30,743 nucleotides of DNA, taken from NCBI GenBank assembly GCA_049424145.1, contig JBMSSC010000016.1, forward strand, positions 1 to 30,743. The letters are read 5' to 3'. Shown piece after piece: positions 17,803 through 28,492 of the stretch. A program made the position numbers and the translations under genes. Below the pieces are notes generated by a model. That model did not search any database. It had not been told where the DNA came from and saw only the letters and a program-made list of their open reading frames with translations. Position 1 is the stretch's first letter, and each line of letters opens with the position of its first letter. The DNA comes from Bdellovibrionia bacterium (GTDB taxonomy: Bacteria; Bdellovibrionota; UBA1018).

Positions 17803-18480
17803 TCACCTTGACTCACTCCACTCCATCGAACCCTCACCGGAACCCATCACCCGCATCAAACTCTGAGTGACCGCCTGAGCCGACTCCGTGGCATCCACCA
17901 CCTTCAACTTGCCCTGCTGGCGATAAAAACCCACCAAAGGTTTCGTTTGACCATGATAAACATCGAGCCTCTTTTGAACGACTTCGATTCGATCATCATC
18001 TCGTTGAACCAGTGCCGAACCACAGTGGTCACATTGGTTCGCCTGTTTTGGAACCAAAGACTCCACATGGTACATGGCCCCGCAGGTCAAACAGGTCCTC
18101 CTTCCAGTCAGACGACGGAGCAGATCCTGATCCTCAATCGAAAAGAGAACGGCCAAATCCACCCGACGGCCCGTCTGGGCGAGCATTTCATCTAAGGTCT
18201 GGGCCTGAGCCACATTCCTAGGGAAACCATCTAAGATAAACCCACGACGACAGTCCGGATCTAAACTTCGCTCGGAGATCAACCCCACCACCACGGAGTC
18301 TGGAACCAAAGCCCCGCGATCCATAAAGGTCTTGGCCTCTTTTCCTAGCTCTGTTCCCTTGGCAATGGCAGCCCGAAGCATATCGCCCGTGGACAACTGC
18401 GGAATTCCTTTTTCCTTTTGTAAGACCTTAGCCTGTGTCCCTTTACCAGAACCAGGAGGCCCCAGAAGTACCAAAATCAT
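17803..18480 (-). CDS. adk: Adenylate kinase (Zn-binding LID)
   Basis: GPPGSGKGTQA, STGDMLR, LDGFPR, CLTC...CDHC, QRDDD. ATGA overlap with secY. Confidence 0.97.
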   Translation of the reverse strand: MILVLLGPPGSGKGTQAKVLQKEKGIPQLSTGDMLRAAIAKGTELGKEAKTFMDRGALVPDSVVVGLISERSLDPDCRRGFILDGFPRNVAQAQTLDEMLAQTGRRVDLAVLFSIEDQDLLRRLTGRRTCLTCGAMYHVESLVPKQANQCDHCGSALVQRDDDRIEVVQKRLDVYHGQTKPLVGFYRQQGKLKVVDATESAQAVTQSLMRVMGSGEGSMEWSESR

Positions 18481-19781
18481 GTATACGCCGCTCTTCCTTT
18501 CACCCGAGTGTGCTTCATGAAGCCCTCGTAGTTCTTGGTTAAAAGGAAGGTCTCGATCTGAGCTACGGTATCTAACGCAACCCCCACGAGAATCAGAATA
18601 CTTGTACCCCCAAAGTAAAATGGCACTTTCATGGTCTGAGTGAAGAACGTTGGAAGCACACAGATGGCCGAGATATAAACGGCCCCTCCTAGGGTGATCC
18701 GAGATAAAACGTAATCAATGTATTGCATGGTAGGAGGCCCTGGACGAATGCCTGGGATAAACCCCCCGTACTTCTTGAGATTATCGGCAACATCATCGGT
18801 CTTAAACGAGACGGCCGTATAGAAGTAACAAAAGAACACGATCAAGCTGACAAACAGCACGTTGTAAAGCATGCTGCCGGGCTGAAGCAGACTCGTAAAC
18901 CGCTGAACTTTTTCTGACGGAAAAAAGGTGGCCACAGTGGCAGGGAACATGATCAGAGAGGAGGCAAAAATTGGGGGAATCACACCCGACGTATTCACCT
19001 TCAAAGGAAGATTGGTGTTTTGCCCACCATAGACTTTCCGACCGACGATTCGCTTCGCATACTGAATCGGAATGCGACGTGCGCCACGCTCCACAAAGAT
19101 GATGCAAAAGAACGTACCCACGATCACGGCCAAAATCAGAAGGATCTTGAAAAATGAGAGTTCACCCGAACGATAAAGACTCAGAGTGCTGCCGATCCCC
19201 GAGGGAATTCGAGCGGCAATCCCCGCATAAATCAAAAGCGAGATTCCATTTCCGATCCCCCGCTCCGACATCTGCTCGCCGACCCACATGAGGAAAACAG
19301 TTCCAGCAGTCAATGTGATGGTGGTGAGAAGCCTAAACCCCAGCCCTGCGTGCAGAACCACACTCGGGGAATTGTAGTGTTCCAAACCCGTTGCAATTCC
19401 GTACCCGTGAACAAGACAAAGCAAAACGGTCCCGTAGCGGGTGTACTGAGTGATCTTTTTGCGCCCCTGCTCCCCTTCCTTCTGCAAGTCGTGGAGGTAG
19501 GGCCAAACCACCGTCAGCAGCTGAAAAATAATTGAGCTACTGATGTAAGGCATGACCCCCAGAGCAAAAATACTGAAGCGCTCCAGTGCACCTCCGCTAA
19601 ACAGATTGAACCATCCAAAGATGGTTCCCTTCATATTGGCAAACACCTGCTGAAGAGCTGCCCCATCCACTCCTGGAGTGGGAATGTGAATCCCAATCCG
19701 ATAAACCGCTAGCATCACTAAAGTGAATAAAATACGTTTCCGAAGCTCGGGGATCTTAACCAGTCCATCAGCGCCTGACAT
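18477..19781 (-). CDS. secY: Preprotein translocase subunit SecY
   Basis: FALGVMPYISSSII, GIGNGISL, GVIPPIFASS, GGFIPGIRPG, FGGTSILI; multiple TM helices. Confidence 0.98.
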   Translation of the reverse strand: MSGADGLVKIPELRKRILFTLVMLAVYRIGIHIPTPGVDGAALQQVFANMKGTIFGWFNLFSGGALERFSIFALGVMPYISSSIIFQLLTVVWPYLHDLQKEGEQGRKKITQYTRYGTVLLCLVHGYGIATGLEHYNSPSVVLHAGLGFRLLTTITLTAGTVFLMWVGEQMSERGIGNGISLLIYAGIAARIPSGIGSTLSLYRSGELSFFKILLILAVIVGTFFCIIFVERGARRIPIQYAKRIVGRKVYGGQNTNLPLKVNTSGVIPPIFASSLIMFPATVATFFPSEKVQRFTSLLQPGSMLYNVLFVSLIVFFCYFYTAVSFKTDDVADNLKKYGGFIPGIRPGPPTMQYIDYVLSRITLGGAVYISAICVLPTFFTQTMKVPFYFGGTSILILVGVALDTVAQIETFLLTKNYEGFMKHTRVKGRAAYT

Positions 19782-19817
19782 TCTGTTTCCTCACAGGTGT
19801 TTCTGAGTCATGTTTGC

Positions 19818-20336
19818 TTAGGAGGCGGAGGTGTTTTTCGAATCTCCGTTTTTCTCCTCAGTTCTCTTTTTAGCTTTACCTGGGATTGGAAGCAACTCCA
19901 CTCGTCCACCGGCCTTCACAATTTTTTCCTGAGCCGAGGGGGTCACCTTGTGAGCCTTCACTACCCAAGCCTGAGTGACTTCGCCGGTCCCCAAAATGGA
20001 CAAACGGTCATACTGCCCCTTGAGCACCGAAATGGCCTTCAGCGACTCGAGGGTCACTTCGCCCACCACTTTGGGATCCAGGCGATCCAAATCGCCCACG
20101 TTGAGAATCGCAATGGCGCGTCGGGTCAGGCTCTTAAACCCTCGCTTTGGAACGCGGCGATACAACGGCATCTGACCGCCTTCAAATCCAGGGCGAACAC
20201 TGCCACCGGAGCGAGCCAACTGACCTTTATCCCCTTTACCTGCAGTCTGCCCCAAACCAGACCCAGAACCACGGCCTAACCTCTTCCGCTTTGTCGTTGA
20301 ACCTGGCTGTGCCTTGATCGTATTTAACCTTAACAT
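19818..20336 (-). CDS. rplO: 50S ribosomal protein L15
   Basis: RLGRGSGSGLGQTAGKGDKGQ, FEGGQMPLYRRVPKRGF. Confidence 0.97.
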   Translation of the reverse strand: MLRLNTIKAQPGSTTKRKRLGRGSGSGLGQTAGKGDKGQLARSGGSVRPGFEGGQMPLYRRVPKRGFKSLTRRAIAILNVGDLDRLDPKVVGEVTLESLKAISVLKGQYDRLSILGTGEVTQAWVVKAHKVTPSAQEKIVKAGGRVELLPIPGKAKKRTEEKNGDSKNTSAS

Positions 20337-20392
20337 AAAATCACTCTCACTTTTTCACAAAACTCTAGACACTCAGTCAGCCCTAAAGGCAC

Positions 20393-20596
20393 TTACCGAG
20401 TCTCCGCAACAACCTCGACAATATGCAGAACTTTCTTAATCATCCCGCGAACGGATGGAGTGTTCTCGAGGGTTCGCTCCTGCTCTCTCCTCTTCAGTCC
20501 CAAGCCATTGATGGTGGCCCGCTGAGTCGGGTTACAAGCAATCGTTCCCTTTTTTAAACGCACAGTAATCGTTCTTTTCTTTGCTGCAGCTGTCAT
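20393..20596 (-). CDS. rpmD: 50S ribosomal protein L30
   Basis: [17 protein letters not shown]; position between rpsE and rplO. Confidence 0.95.
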   Translation of the reverse strand: MTAAAKKRTITVRLKKGTIACNPTQRATINGLGLKRREQERTLENTPSVRGMIKKVLHIVEVVAETR

Positions 20597-21111
20597 AGAA
20601 TCTCTCCTACTGTCTTATTTCGCCCCTTAGCAATGTCTGCGAAATTCCTCAAATCCTTTAAGCCGGCCAGTGTGGCACGAACCACGTTATGGGGATTATC
20701 CCGTCTGAGAGACTTCGTCAGGATGTTCTTAATCCCAGCGACTTCCATGATGGCACGAACCGAGGAGCTAGCGATAATTCCAGTTCCCTCAGGGGCGGGC
20801 TTCATGAGGACCTGAGAGGCCCCAAAGTGTCCCATCACGGTGTGAGGGATCGTGCTGTTTTCCATGGGGATCTTCATCAGATTCTTCTTGGCCTGTTTCC
20901 CAGCCTTTTTAATGGCCTCTGGAACTTCGCCTGCTTTTCCTAACCCCACTCCGACGCGGCCTTTCTTATCCCCAACCACAACGATTGCGGCAAAACTAAA
21001 CCGACGTCCGCCCTTCACCACTTTGGCGCAGCGATTGATGTGAATGACTTTATCTTCAAATTCTTGCTCTTCTGGTTGTTGGGAACGCCCAACTTGCTGC
21101 CCGAATGCCAT
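20593..21111 (-). CDS. rpsE: 30S ribosomal protein S5
   Basis: [45 protein letters not shown]. Confidence 0.98.
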   Translation of the reverse strand: MAFGQQVGRSQQPEEQEFEDKVIHINRCAKVVKGGRRFSFAAIVVVGDKKGRVGVGLGKAGEVPEAIKKAGKQAKKNLMKIPMENSTIPHTVMGHFGASQVLMKPAPEGTGIIASSSVRAIMEVAGIKNILTKSLRRDNPHNVVRATLAGLKDLRNFADIAKGRNKTVGEIL

Positions 21112-21198
21112 AATTTCTCCTTGCCCTGCTTATTTCCTATTATTTGAGCTTTTCTAGGTCTTTGGATGGGAGGGATCCTGGAGCCCTCCCGTTCCCCA

Positions 21199-21576
21199 TT
21201 AAAACTTCAAGCCACCCTCACGGGCCGCATCCGCCAAAGCCTTGATCCGTCCATGGTACAAATAACCACCGCGATCAAAGACCACTTGGGAAATGTTCTT
21301 AGCCAAAGCGCGCTTAGCCATTAAACCACCCAGGGTCTTTGCCCCTTCAATGGTTCCACCGACTTGGTCCTTCAGAGATTCCTCCAAGCTGCACGCCGAT
21401 GCTAAGGTGTGACCCTTCACATCGTCAATCAGTTGGACGTAAATATGCCGATTGGACCGAAACACAGACAAGCGGGGCCGTTCAGCCGTCCCTTCCACTT
21501 TTGCACGGATTCGCTTTTTTCTCTTAAAGCGAATCTTCTGCTTTTGACTCGTCACTCTATGAATTTGAGTTGCCAT
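21199..21576 (-). CDS. rplR: 50S ribosomal protein L18
   Basis: [42 protein letters not shown]. Confidence 0.98.
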   Translation of the reverse strand: MATQIHRVTSQKQKIRFKRKKRIRAKVEGTAERPRLSVFRSNRHIYVQLIDDVKGHTLASACSLEESLKDQVGGTIEGAKTLGGLMAKRALAKNISQVVFDRGGYLYHGRIKALADAAREGGLKF

Positions 21577-21595
21577 ACAACACTCCTCGTCCTAA

Positions 21596-22141
21596 CTACT
21601 TCGCACCTGCAGCTTTACCCTGCTTGCGGATAATGTGTTCATCCATGTACTTGATGCCTTTTCCTTGATAAGGCTCAGGTTCCCTAAAGGACCGGATCTT
21701 TGCAGCTACCAATCCTACTAGCATCTTATCTGCACCCGTGAGAACAATATGAGTATTGTTCTCCACCTTAGCCGTCACACCCACAGGGAGTTCATACTCC
21801 ACAGGATGAGAGTAACCCACGGTGAGAGTCAAAGTGCTGCCTTTGACCGCAGCGCGGTAACCCACGCCGACAATATCAAGCTCACGAGTAAACCCCGTGT
21901 GAACACCATGAACCATGTTGTGAATCAAAGTCCGGGTCAAGCCGTGAAGAGCAGGGGCAGCGGAGCTGACGTTCTTATCCCCTGCGACCAAGACGGCGCC
22001 ATTTTCAACCTTAGCCGAAACACCCTCAGCCAATTCATGGCTCAGTTTGCCTTTTGGGCCTTCCACCTTGATTTTGCCTTCTTTAATCTCGACCTTCACG
22101 CCTTGCAAAATTTTAACGGGCTGTTTTCCAACTCGAGACAT
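21596..22141 (-). CDS. rplF: 50S ribosomal protein L6
   Basis: MSRVGKQP, GPKG, GVGYRA, GYSHP, PEPYQGKGI. Confidence 0.98.
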   Translation of the reverse strand: MSRVGKQPVKILQGVKVEIKEGKIKVEGPKGKLSHELAEGVSAKVENGAVLVAGDKNVSSAAPALHGLTRTLIHNMVHGVHTGFTRELDIVGVGYRAAVKGSTLTLTVGYSHPVEYELPVGVTAKVENNTHIVLTGADKMLVGLVAAKIRSFREPEPYQGKGIKYMDEHIIRKQGKAAGAK

Positions 22142-22144
22142 AAA

Positions 22145-22543
22145 TCACCAAACCTCACAAAGAATTTCACCACCGACCTTCTGAGTCCGTGCCCGATGCC
22201 CCGTGGTCACCCCTCTTGAGGTCGACACAATGGCAACACCCGCACCGTCTAAAGGTCTTGGCATCTCTTGATACCCGGAGTAGCGTCTCAGTCCAGGGCG
22301 ACTCACTCGGCGAATCCCCTGAATCACACTCTGGCCGTCTTCCGTGTACTTCAAGTACACCTTAATCATCAGTCGGCCTTCCTCACGAACTAAACGAAAG
22401 TTCTTGATGTAACCTTCTTCTTTTAAAACACGAACAACGTTCGCTTTCAGACGAGAGGCGGGAACTTCCAGCTTCTCGTGCTTCTCTTTGGTAGCGTTAC
22501 GAATTCGTGTTAACAAATCTGCAACAGGATCAGTCATGCTCAT
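22145..22543 (-). CDS. rpsH: 30S ribosomal protein S8
   Basis: DPVADLLTRIRNA, LKEEGYI, SRPGLRRY, STSRG, GGEILCEVW. Confidence 0.98.
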   Translation of the reverse strand: MSMTDPVADLLTRIRNATKEKHEKLEVPASRLKANVVRVLKEEGYIKNFRLVREEGRLMIKVYLKYTEDGQSVIQGIRRVSRPGLRRYSGYQEMPRPLDGAGVAIVSTSRGVTTGHRARTQKVGGEILCEVW

Positions 22544-22564
22544 AATTTCTTATCCTCTCGCCTT

Positions 22565-22750
22565 TTACCAGCTTGACTTGGTCACGCCTGGCAATTGACC
22601 TTTCAGAGCCAATCCCCTAAAGCATAAACGGCACATATTAAATTTGCGCATATAGGCGCGTGGTCGCCCACAGAGGGGGCACCGATTTCTCACTCGCGTG
22701 GTGAACTTTGGCTTTTTTCCAATTTTTTCAAGTTTACACTTCTTTGACAA
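22565..22750 (-). CDS. rpsZ: 30S ribosomal protein S14 type Z (short, Zn-binding)
   Basis: 61 aa, [11 protein letters not shown]...CRLCFR...[11 protein letters not shown] start after AGGAG. Confidence 0.96.
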   Translation of the reverse strand: MSKKCKLEKIGKKPKFTTRVRNRCPLCGRPRAYMRKFNMCRLCFRGLALKGQLPGVTKSSW

Positions 22751-22762
22751 GATCGATCTCCT

Positions 22763-23506
22763 TTACTTTCGGAAAGGCATGCCAAGCTCAGCAAGCAGTG
22801 CACGCGCATGTTCATTCGTTTTTGCGGTAGTCGTAATCGTCACGGTCATCCCGCGAATCTTATCCACCTTATCGTAGTTGATCTCAGGAAAAATGATCTG
22901 CTCACGGATTCCCAGTGAGTAGTTCCCTCTTCCGTCAAATCCCTTCGGGTTCACGCCCTTAAAGTCTCGAACCCGAGGAAGTGCAACGTTCATCAAGCGA
23001 TCCAAAAACTCATACATTCGCGCCCTTCGGAGAGTCACCATCACACCCACAGGGTTTCCGGCTCTCACCTTAAAGGCAGCAATCGCTTTCTTCGCTCGCG
23101 TCATCACAGGCTTTTGCCCTGTGACCGCCATGATCTCTTCAAACGTCCCGTCTAAAACCTTAGGGTTAGCAACGGCATCCTTCACCGCGCAGTTCACCAC
23201 GACTTTAGTGATTCTGGGGACCTGCATGGCGGACTTAAACTGAAACTCCTTCATCAAAGCGGGAACCGCTTTTTTGGAGTACTGCTCAGCCAAGCGGGGA
23301 GCCTTGCTGCCTGAAACCTTGGTCTCCCCAGGCGCTGCTATCTTAAGGCTGGATGCTGCAGCAGCTTCCTTATCCTTCTTCGCTTTTGCGCGAGCAGCGT
23401 TTGCAGCTGCTTTTTTAGCTTCGGCTTTAGCCTGAGCTGTTTCATCCACCGACCCAGAATCAGCGCCGGTTTTTTTCTGATCTTTCTCATTGTTTGCTGC
23501 TACCAC
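22763..23506 (-). CDS. rplE: 50S ribosomal protein L5 with ~68-aa N-terminal extension
   Basis: [40 protein letters not shown] start with AGGAGG SD. Confidence 0.97.
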   Translation of the reverse strand: MVAANNEKDQKKTGADSGSVDETAQAKAEAKKAAANAARAKAKKDKEAAAASSLKIAAPGETKVSGSKAPRLAEQYSKKAVPALMKEFQFKSAMQVPRITKVVVNCAVKDAVANPKVLDGTFEEIMAVTGQKPVMTRAKKAIAAFKVRAGNPVGVMVTLRRARMYEFLDRLMNVALPRVRDFKGVNPKGFDGRGNYSLGIREQIIFPEINYDKVDKIRGMTVTITTTAKTNEHARALLAELGMPFRK

Positions 23507-23525
23507 CTGATACCTCCTGCCTGAC

Positions 23526-23873
23526 TCACGTTAAATCCAAGTTCAGATCACAACGCTTACAGACCCGACTCTTTTTTCTCTGATCGCCCGAGCCGCTTAC
23601 GACGGTCTTATGGCGAACCCCTTGATTGCACTTGGGACAGAGCAATAAAACGTTCGAATAATCTAAGGGCAATTCCTTCTCCACAATCCCACCGGCTTGA
23701 GCCTGAGTGGGGCGCGTGTGACGTTTTCCGGTATTTAACCCTTCCACAGTCACTCGACCACTCTTGGAGTTGATCTTGAGGATCTTCCCTGTTTTTCCTT
23801 TTTCTTTTCCCGCAATGACCATCACTTGATCATTCTTGCGGAGAGAGAACTTTCGTCTTTCTACCTGGATCAT
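23526..23873 (-). CDS. rplX: 50S ribosomal protein L24
   Basis: KOW motif [40 protein letters not shown]. Start corrected to ATG 23873 (GAGG SD). Confidence 0.96.
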   Translation of the reverse strand: MIQVERRKFSLRKNDQVMVIAGKEKGKTGKILKINSKSGRVTVEGLNTGKRHTRPTQAQAGGIVEKELPLDYSNVLLLCPKCNQGVRHKTVVSGSGDQRKKSRVCKRCDLNLDLT

Positions 23874-23880
23874 ACCAACC

Positions 23881-24249
23881 TCACAACACTTCGGGCGCAA
23901 GCGAGATGATCTTCGTAAACGCCCTTGCACGAAGCTCACGGGCCACTGGTCCAAAGATACGGGTCCCAATGGGCTCATTCTGTGCGTTAATTAAAACCGC
24001 TGAGTTCTTGTCGAACCGAATGTAAGTCCCATCGTTCCGATTGACTTCCTTCTTCGTCCGCACGATCACCGCTTTTAAAATCTCACCTTTTTTTACTTTT
24101 CCGTTCGGAGCGGCATCCTTCACGGTGACCACAATCACATCGCCGAGGGACGCGTACTTCCGTCGAGTTCCACCCAGGACCTTGATACACATGACTGACT
24201 TGGCACCCGAGTTATCTGCTACGTCTAAACGAGTTCGCATTTGAATCAT
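23881..24249 (-). CDS. rplN: 50S ribosomal protein L14
   Basis: [36 protein letters not shown]. Confidence 0.98.
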   Translation of the reverse strand: MIQMRTRLDVADNSGAKSVMCIKVLGGTRRKYASLGDVIVVTVKDAAPNGKVKKGEILKAVIVRTKKEVNRNDGTYIRFDKNSAVLINAQNEPIGTRIFGPVARELRARAFTKIISLAPEVL

Positions 24250-24273
24250 AAACTCACCTCTCCTGCCTTACCC

Positions 24274-24597
24274 TTAGACGTTCAGATCGGGGGCTTGTCC
24301 CGACCGCCTAATAATGGATTGCAACACCCAACGCTTCTCCCGACTGAGAGGGCGACTTTCGACTAACGAAACCCGATCTCCCACTCTTGCGTCGTTCTTC
24401 TCATCGTGCGCTTTGTAGCGTCGCGACTTCTCGATGTACTTGTGATAAAGTGAATGCCGGACTTGCCGATCCACTTGCACCACAATGGTCTTTTGCATTT
24501 TATCGCTGACCACAGTGCCCACCACTTCTCTGCGTTTCTGCAAAGGGTTCTTGGACTTACTGGTGGTCTCCACAGCTTCCTTCTTTTCCGTACCCAT
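24274..24597 (-). CDS. rpsQ: 30S ribosomal protein S17
   Basis: GTVVSDKMQKTIVV, AHDE, ESRPLSREKRW. Confidence 0.97.
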   Translation of the reverse strand: MGTEKKEAVETTSKSKNPLQKRREVVGTVVSDKMQKTIVVQVDRQVRHSLYHKYIEKSRRYKAHDEKNDARVGDRVSLVESRPLSREKRWVLQSIIRRSGQAPDLNV

Positions 24598-24599
24598 AC

Positions 24600-24818
24600 C
24601 TATTTCCTCGCCACCTGGGCTGCAGAACCCAATGCGGTCTGCAACGTTTTCATCCGGGCTATATCCTTACGCAATCTCCACAGCTTTGCCGTGTCTTCCA
24701 GCTGACCAACTGCCTTTTTCATACGCACTTGGAACAACTCCGCTTGAGATTCTCGGATCTTGGTTCCTAACTCGTCTTTCGACAAATTCTTCAGTTCTTT
24801 TAATCGCTTCGTTGCCAC
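24600..24818 (-). CDS. rpmC: 50S ribosomal protein L29
   Basis: ELKNLSKDEL, ELFQVR, GQLE, RKDIARMKT. Confidence 0.95.
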   Translation of the reverse strand: MATKRLKELKNLSKDELGTKIRESQAELFQVRMKKAVGQLEDTAKLWRLRKDIARMKTLQTALGSAAQVARK

Positions 24819-24836
24819 GTTCTCTCCTTATCCAGC

Positions 24837-25331
24837 CTAAGCCTTCACTGCTGGGGCAGAAGCTGCTTTCTTAGCAGCCTTTGCCTTGCGAGTTGCAAGC
24901 AAAGAGGCCTGTGCCAGAGCTTCTGTCTTTTTACTAATTGGCTTACAGTGAATGGGGAGCTTATTATTGGCCAACCGCAGCGCCTCAAAGGCCTCTGCCT
25001 GAGGAATCCCATCCATTTCAAAGATGACTCTTCCTGGCTTAATGACTGCTGCCCATTCCTCTACGTTCCCTTTACCGGAACCCATTCGGGTTTCAGCTGC
25101 TTTCTTTGTGATTGGCTTATCAGGGAACACTCGAATCCAAATCTTCCCACCGCGTTTCACATAACGGGTCATGGCCACACGGGAGGCCTCAATCTGCTTC
25201 GATGAGATTCTTCCGCACTCCGTGGCCTGTAAACCGAACTCACCGAAGAACAACGTTCCTCCGCGATCGGCTTTTCCTCGCATTTTGCCTTTTTGGACTT
25301 TACGCCATTTGACTCTTTTGGGTGACAACAT
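24837..25331 (-). CDS. rplP: 50S ribosomal protein L16 with Ala/Lys C-terminal tail
   Basis: [36 protein letters not shown]. Confidence 0.98.
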   Translation of the reverse strand: MLSPKRVKWRKVQKGKMRGKADRGGTLFFGEFGLQATECGRISSKQIEASRVAMTRYVKRGGKIWIRVFPDKPITKKAAETRMGSGKGNVEEWAAVIKPGRVIFEMDGIPQAEAFEALRLANNKLPIHCKPISKKTEALAQASLLATRKAKAAKKAASAPAVKA

Positions 25332-25342
25332 AAATCAATTCC

Positions 25343-26014
25343 TTATGCGCCTTGCATTGCTTTTGCTTCAGCAATGGCCTGTTTCTTCAGAGTCTGCGTT
25401 TCGCCGTGGTAGACCCAAGCTTTGACACCGATGACCCCATAAGTGGTTCTTGCTTCAGCAGTTCCGTAATCAATATTCGCTCTTAAGGTGTGAAGAGGAA
25501 CGCTATCTTCGCTGTACCACTCAGTTCGAGCAATTTCAGCTCCCCCTAAGCGACCGGAGACCCGAATCTTAATCCCTTTGATCCCTTGCTTAAAAGCAGC
25601 CGTCATGCACTTTTTCATCGCCCGGCGAAACGCAACGCGCTTCTCCAGCTGACTGGCGACGTTTTCAGCGATCAACGTAGCATTGGCTTCTGGCTTCTTC
25701 ACTTCCAAGATATTGAGGAACACCTCGTTCTTCGACAGCTTCTGAACTTCCGACTTCAAAGACTCAACGCCTGCGCCTTTTTTCCCGATCACAATCCCAG
25801 GGCGAGCCGTGTGGACGTTGATCTTGACCTTGTTTGCAGCTCTTTCGATCTCAATCCGAGCAATCCCAGCACCGCTGAGCTTCTCTTTCAGATGCGCGCG
25901 AAGCTGAATGTCTTCGTGCAAGAGCCTTGAGTAGTCGCGCTTGGCAAACCAACGACTATCCCAGGTGCGTGTAATTCCTAAGCGAAATCCAACTGGATTA
26001 ACTTTCTGACCCAT
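25343..26014 (-). CDS. rpsC: 30S ribosomal protein S3
   Basis: [41 protein letters not shown]. Confidence 0.98.
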   Translation of the reverse strand: MGQKVNPVGFRLGITRTWDSRWFAKRDYSRLLHEDIQLRAHLKEKLSGAGIARIEIERAANKVKINVHTARPGIVIGKKGAGVESLKSEVQKLSKNEVFLNILEVKKPEANATLIAENVASQLEKRVAFRRAMKKCMTAAFKQGIKGIKIRVSGRLGGAEIARTEWYSEDSVPLHTLRANIDYGTAEARTTYGVIGVKAWVYHGETQTLKKQAIAEAKAMQGA

Positions 26015-26024
26015 GTTCTCCTCA

Positions 26025-26360
26025 TCACCGCTCTGCGAGCGTTACGCTCACGTGACTAGTTTTTTTGTTGATCCGAAATGCAGAACCCTTTGCGCGTGGT
26101 CGAAACCGCTTCAAAGTGGTCCCTTGTCCCACTAAGATGGTCTTGACGTAAAGCGTGTCTACATCGACGGTGCCCTTTTGGTCTGCATTCGCAGCTGCAC
26201 TCTTGAGCAACGTATGCAAAACATGAGCAGTCCGCTTCCTTGGAGAGAACTTCAGGTAAGTCAAAGCCTCGTTAATGGCTTTACCCCGAACCTCGTCAGC
26301 TAATAACCCCATTTTCCTTGGGGTAATCCGTACAAAACTAACTTTTGCACTCACTTCCAT
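26025..26360 (-). CDS. rplV: 50S ribosomal protein L22
   Basis: [28 protein letters not shown]. Confidence 0.97.
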   Translation of the reverse strand: MEVSAKVSFVRITPRKMGLLADEVRGKAINEALTYLKFSPRKRTAHVLHTLLKSAAANADQKGTVDVDTLYVKTILVGQGTTLKRFRPRAKGSAFRINKKTSHVSVTLAER

Positions 26361-26374
26361 TTCTTACTCCTTCC

Positions 26375-26704
26375 TTATGCCTTAGCAGCTGGGGCTGCAG
26401 CCTTGGGCGCTGCTGAAGCAGATCCCGAATCAGCGGCTTTTTTATCGGCTGGGGTATGTCCGTGGAAGGTACGTGTCACTGAGAATTCTCCCAGTTTATG
26501 TCCAACCATATTCTCAGTGACGTACACTGGAACAAACTTCTTCCCATTGTGAACCGCAAAAGTGAGCCCCACAAAGTCGGGCAAAACCGTCGATCTGCGA
26601 GACCAAGTCTTAATCACTTTACGATCTTGCGCCTGCCGCGCTGTCTGAACTTTCTTGACCAGATGGTCATCACAGAAAGGACCTTTTTTAATTGAACGAG
26701 CCAC
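26375..26704 (-). CDS. rpsS: 30S ribosomal protein S19 with Ala-rich tail
   Basis: [28 protein letters not shown]. Confidence 0.98.
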   Translation of the reverse strand: MARSIKKGPFCDDHLVKKVQTARQAQDRKVIKTWSRRSTVLPDFVGLTFAVHNGKKFVPVYVTENMVGHKLGEFSVTRTFHGHTPADKKAADSGSASAAPKAAAPAAKA

Positions 26705-26716
26705 GATTCACTCTCC

Positions 26717-27550
26717 TTACCGACGATGTTTGACGATAAACGCGTCAGTCCGCTTGTTATTACGAGTTTTATAACCTTTAGTCGGAACGCCCCAAGGAGT
26801 CCTGGGATGTCCACCGCCTGAGGATTTTCCTTCTCCCCCTCCGTGTGGGTGATCCACTGGGTTCATGGAAACTCCTCGGTTGGTGGGTCGAACACCCAAC
26901 CAACGGTTACGACCGGCTTTACCAATGGTGATGTTCTCATGATCCGTGTTGGAGAGCTGACCGATGGACGCTCTGCAACGCGCATGAAGCAAGCGAATCT
27001 CGCCACTGGGCATCTTCACCTGGCAGTACTCGCCCTCTTTGGCCATCAACTGGGCAAAACCCCCGGCTGAACGACCGAGCTTTCCACCATGACCGGGTTC
27101 AAGCTCAATGTTGTGAATGAGCGTTCCCACAGGGATGTTCATTAATGAGAGATTATTGCCTGGCTTAATATCCGCCTTTTCACTGGCCAAGACGGCATCG
27201 CCCACGTTCAGATGAAGAGGAGCCAAAATATAGCGCTTCTCTCCGTCCGCGTAGTTTAAAAGAGCAATATATGCCGTACGGTTCGGATCATACTCCAGTG
27301 CTGCAACTTTAGCAGGCACATCCCGCTTGTCGCGCAAGAAGTCAATCATTCGGTACTTGCGCTTATGACCGCCACCGATGTGACGCACGGTCATCTTACC
27401 AAATTGGTTTCTGCCTCCGCTTTTGCTGAGAGCCACCGTCAAACGCTTTGGACGATGTGGCAGCTTGCTTTTTGGAGTCAATACTGAGAAATCAGCGACT
27501 GTTTTGTAGCGCTGAGATGGTGTTTTTGCCTTAAAGGATTTAATCGCCAT
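26717..27550 (-). CDS. rplB: 50S ribosomal protein L2
   Basis: [38 protein letters not shown]. Confidence 0.98.
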   Translation of the reverse strand: MAIKSFKAKTPSQRYKTVADFSVLTPKSKLPHRPKRLTVALSKSGGRNQFGKMTVRHIGGGHKRKYRMIDFLRDKRDVPAKVAALEYDPNRTAYIALLNYADGEKRYILAPLHLNVGDAVLASEKADIKPGNNLSLMNIPVGTLIHNIELEPGHGGKLGRSAGGFAQLMAKEGEYCQVKMPSGEIRLLHARCRASIGQLSNTDHENITIGKAGRNRWLGVRPTNRGVSMNPVDHPHGGGEGKSSGGGHPRTPWGVPTKGYKTRNNKRTDAFIVKHRR

Positions 27551-27558
27551 AGATCAAC

Positions 27559-27849
27559 TCACTTGGTTTGGAAGAAATCAATCTTTTGCCCATCAGCCAG
27601 AGTCACAAGCGCCTTCTTCCAATTAGATCGCTTAGTCTCAAAACGTCCGACGCGCTTGACTTTGCCGTGCATCACGAGGGTTCTCACTTGCTTCACATCC
27701 ACTTGAAACAAGTGATGAACAGCATCGCGAATCTCCTGCTTATTGGCCTGAGAAGCCACTTCAAACACATAGCAGCCTGCCACTTCGGCTAAAGCCGTAC
27801 TCTTTTCACTGATGATCGGTCTACGAATCACTTCATATCGTGTACGCAT
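27559..27849 (-). CDS. rplW: 50S ribosomal protein L23
   Basis: PIISEKS, ANKQEI, WKKALVTL. Confidence 0.96.
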   Translation of the reverse strand: MRTRYEVIRRPIISEKSTALAEVAGCYVFEVASQANKQEIRDAVHHLFQVDVKQVRTLVMHGKVKRVGRFETKRSNWKKALVTLADGQKIDFFQTK

Positions 27850-27859
27850 GGTTCACCTC

Positions 27860-28489
27860 TTACTTTGCGGGTGCTAAGCGAGTTTCCACTGCTTGCACTG
27901 CACGTTTCGTAATTACGACCCATTCGTTTCGAACAATGTCGTAGACATTCAAGCCTTCGGTTCGAAGCACTTTCACCTTAGGAATGTTCCTTCCGGAAAG
28001 CTCCAAGTGAGAGTTAGCATCATCCACGACCAAAACCTGATCCACTTGAAGCTTCTTCTTCAGAATCCCCACGAGGGCTTGGGTCTTAGGCCCGCTGAGC
28101 TTAAACTCATCGAGAACTAAAAGTCGCTTTTCCTTCACTCGATCAGACAGAGCCGAGCGCAAAGCGCCACGGATCATCTCCTTAGGAGTGCTCTGCTCAT
28201 ATGACCTAGGTTGTGGACCGAAACTCTGTCCACCGCCTGGCTGAAGAGGAGAACGGCTTGAACCCTGTCTTGCATTCCCAGTTCCCTTTTGACGAAATGG
28301 CTTACGACCACCGCCTCGTACTTCGGCTTTGGTCTTGGTCTTTGCAGTTCCCTGCCTCCGACCTGCCATTTGAGCCTTCAGCACTTGGTGAACCAGCGCT
28401 ACGTTCACATCGACTCCAAAAACATCGTTTCGAAGCTCGATGGTTCCTACTTTTTCTTTATCTTGATTGATTAATTCTAAAGTTGGCAT
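27860..28489 (-). CDS. rplD: 50S ribosomal protein L4
   Basis: RQGTAKTK, GGGRKPFRQKGTGNARQGS, FGPQPRSY, ALRSALS. Confidence 0.98.
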   Translation of the reverse strand: MPTLELINQDKEKVGTIELRNDVFGVDVNVALVHQVLKAQMAGRRQGTAKTKTKAEVRGGGRKPFRQKGTGNARQGSSRSPLQPGGGQSFGPQPRSYEQSTPKEMIRGALRSALSDRVKEKRLLVLDEFKLSGPKTQALVGILKKKLQVDQVLVVDDANSHLELSGRNIPKVKVLRTEGLNVYDIVRNEWVVITKRAVQAVETRLAPAK

Positions 28490-28492
28490 ATT

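Noticed and set aside
23874..23978. Long N-terminal extension of L24
   Set aside because: Overlaps rplN in another frame; ATG 23873 has its own SD.
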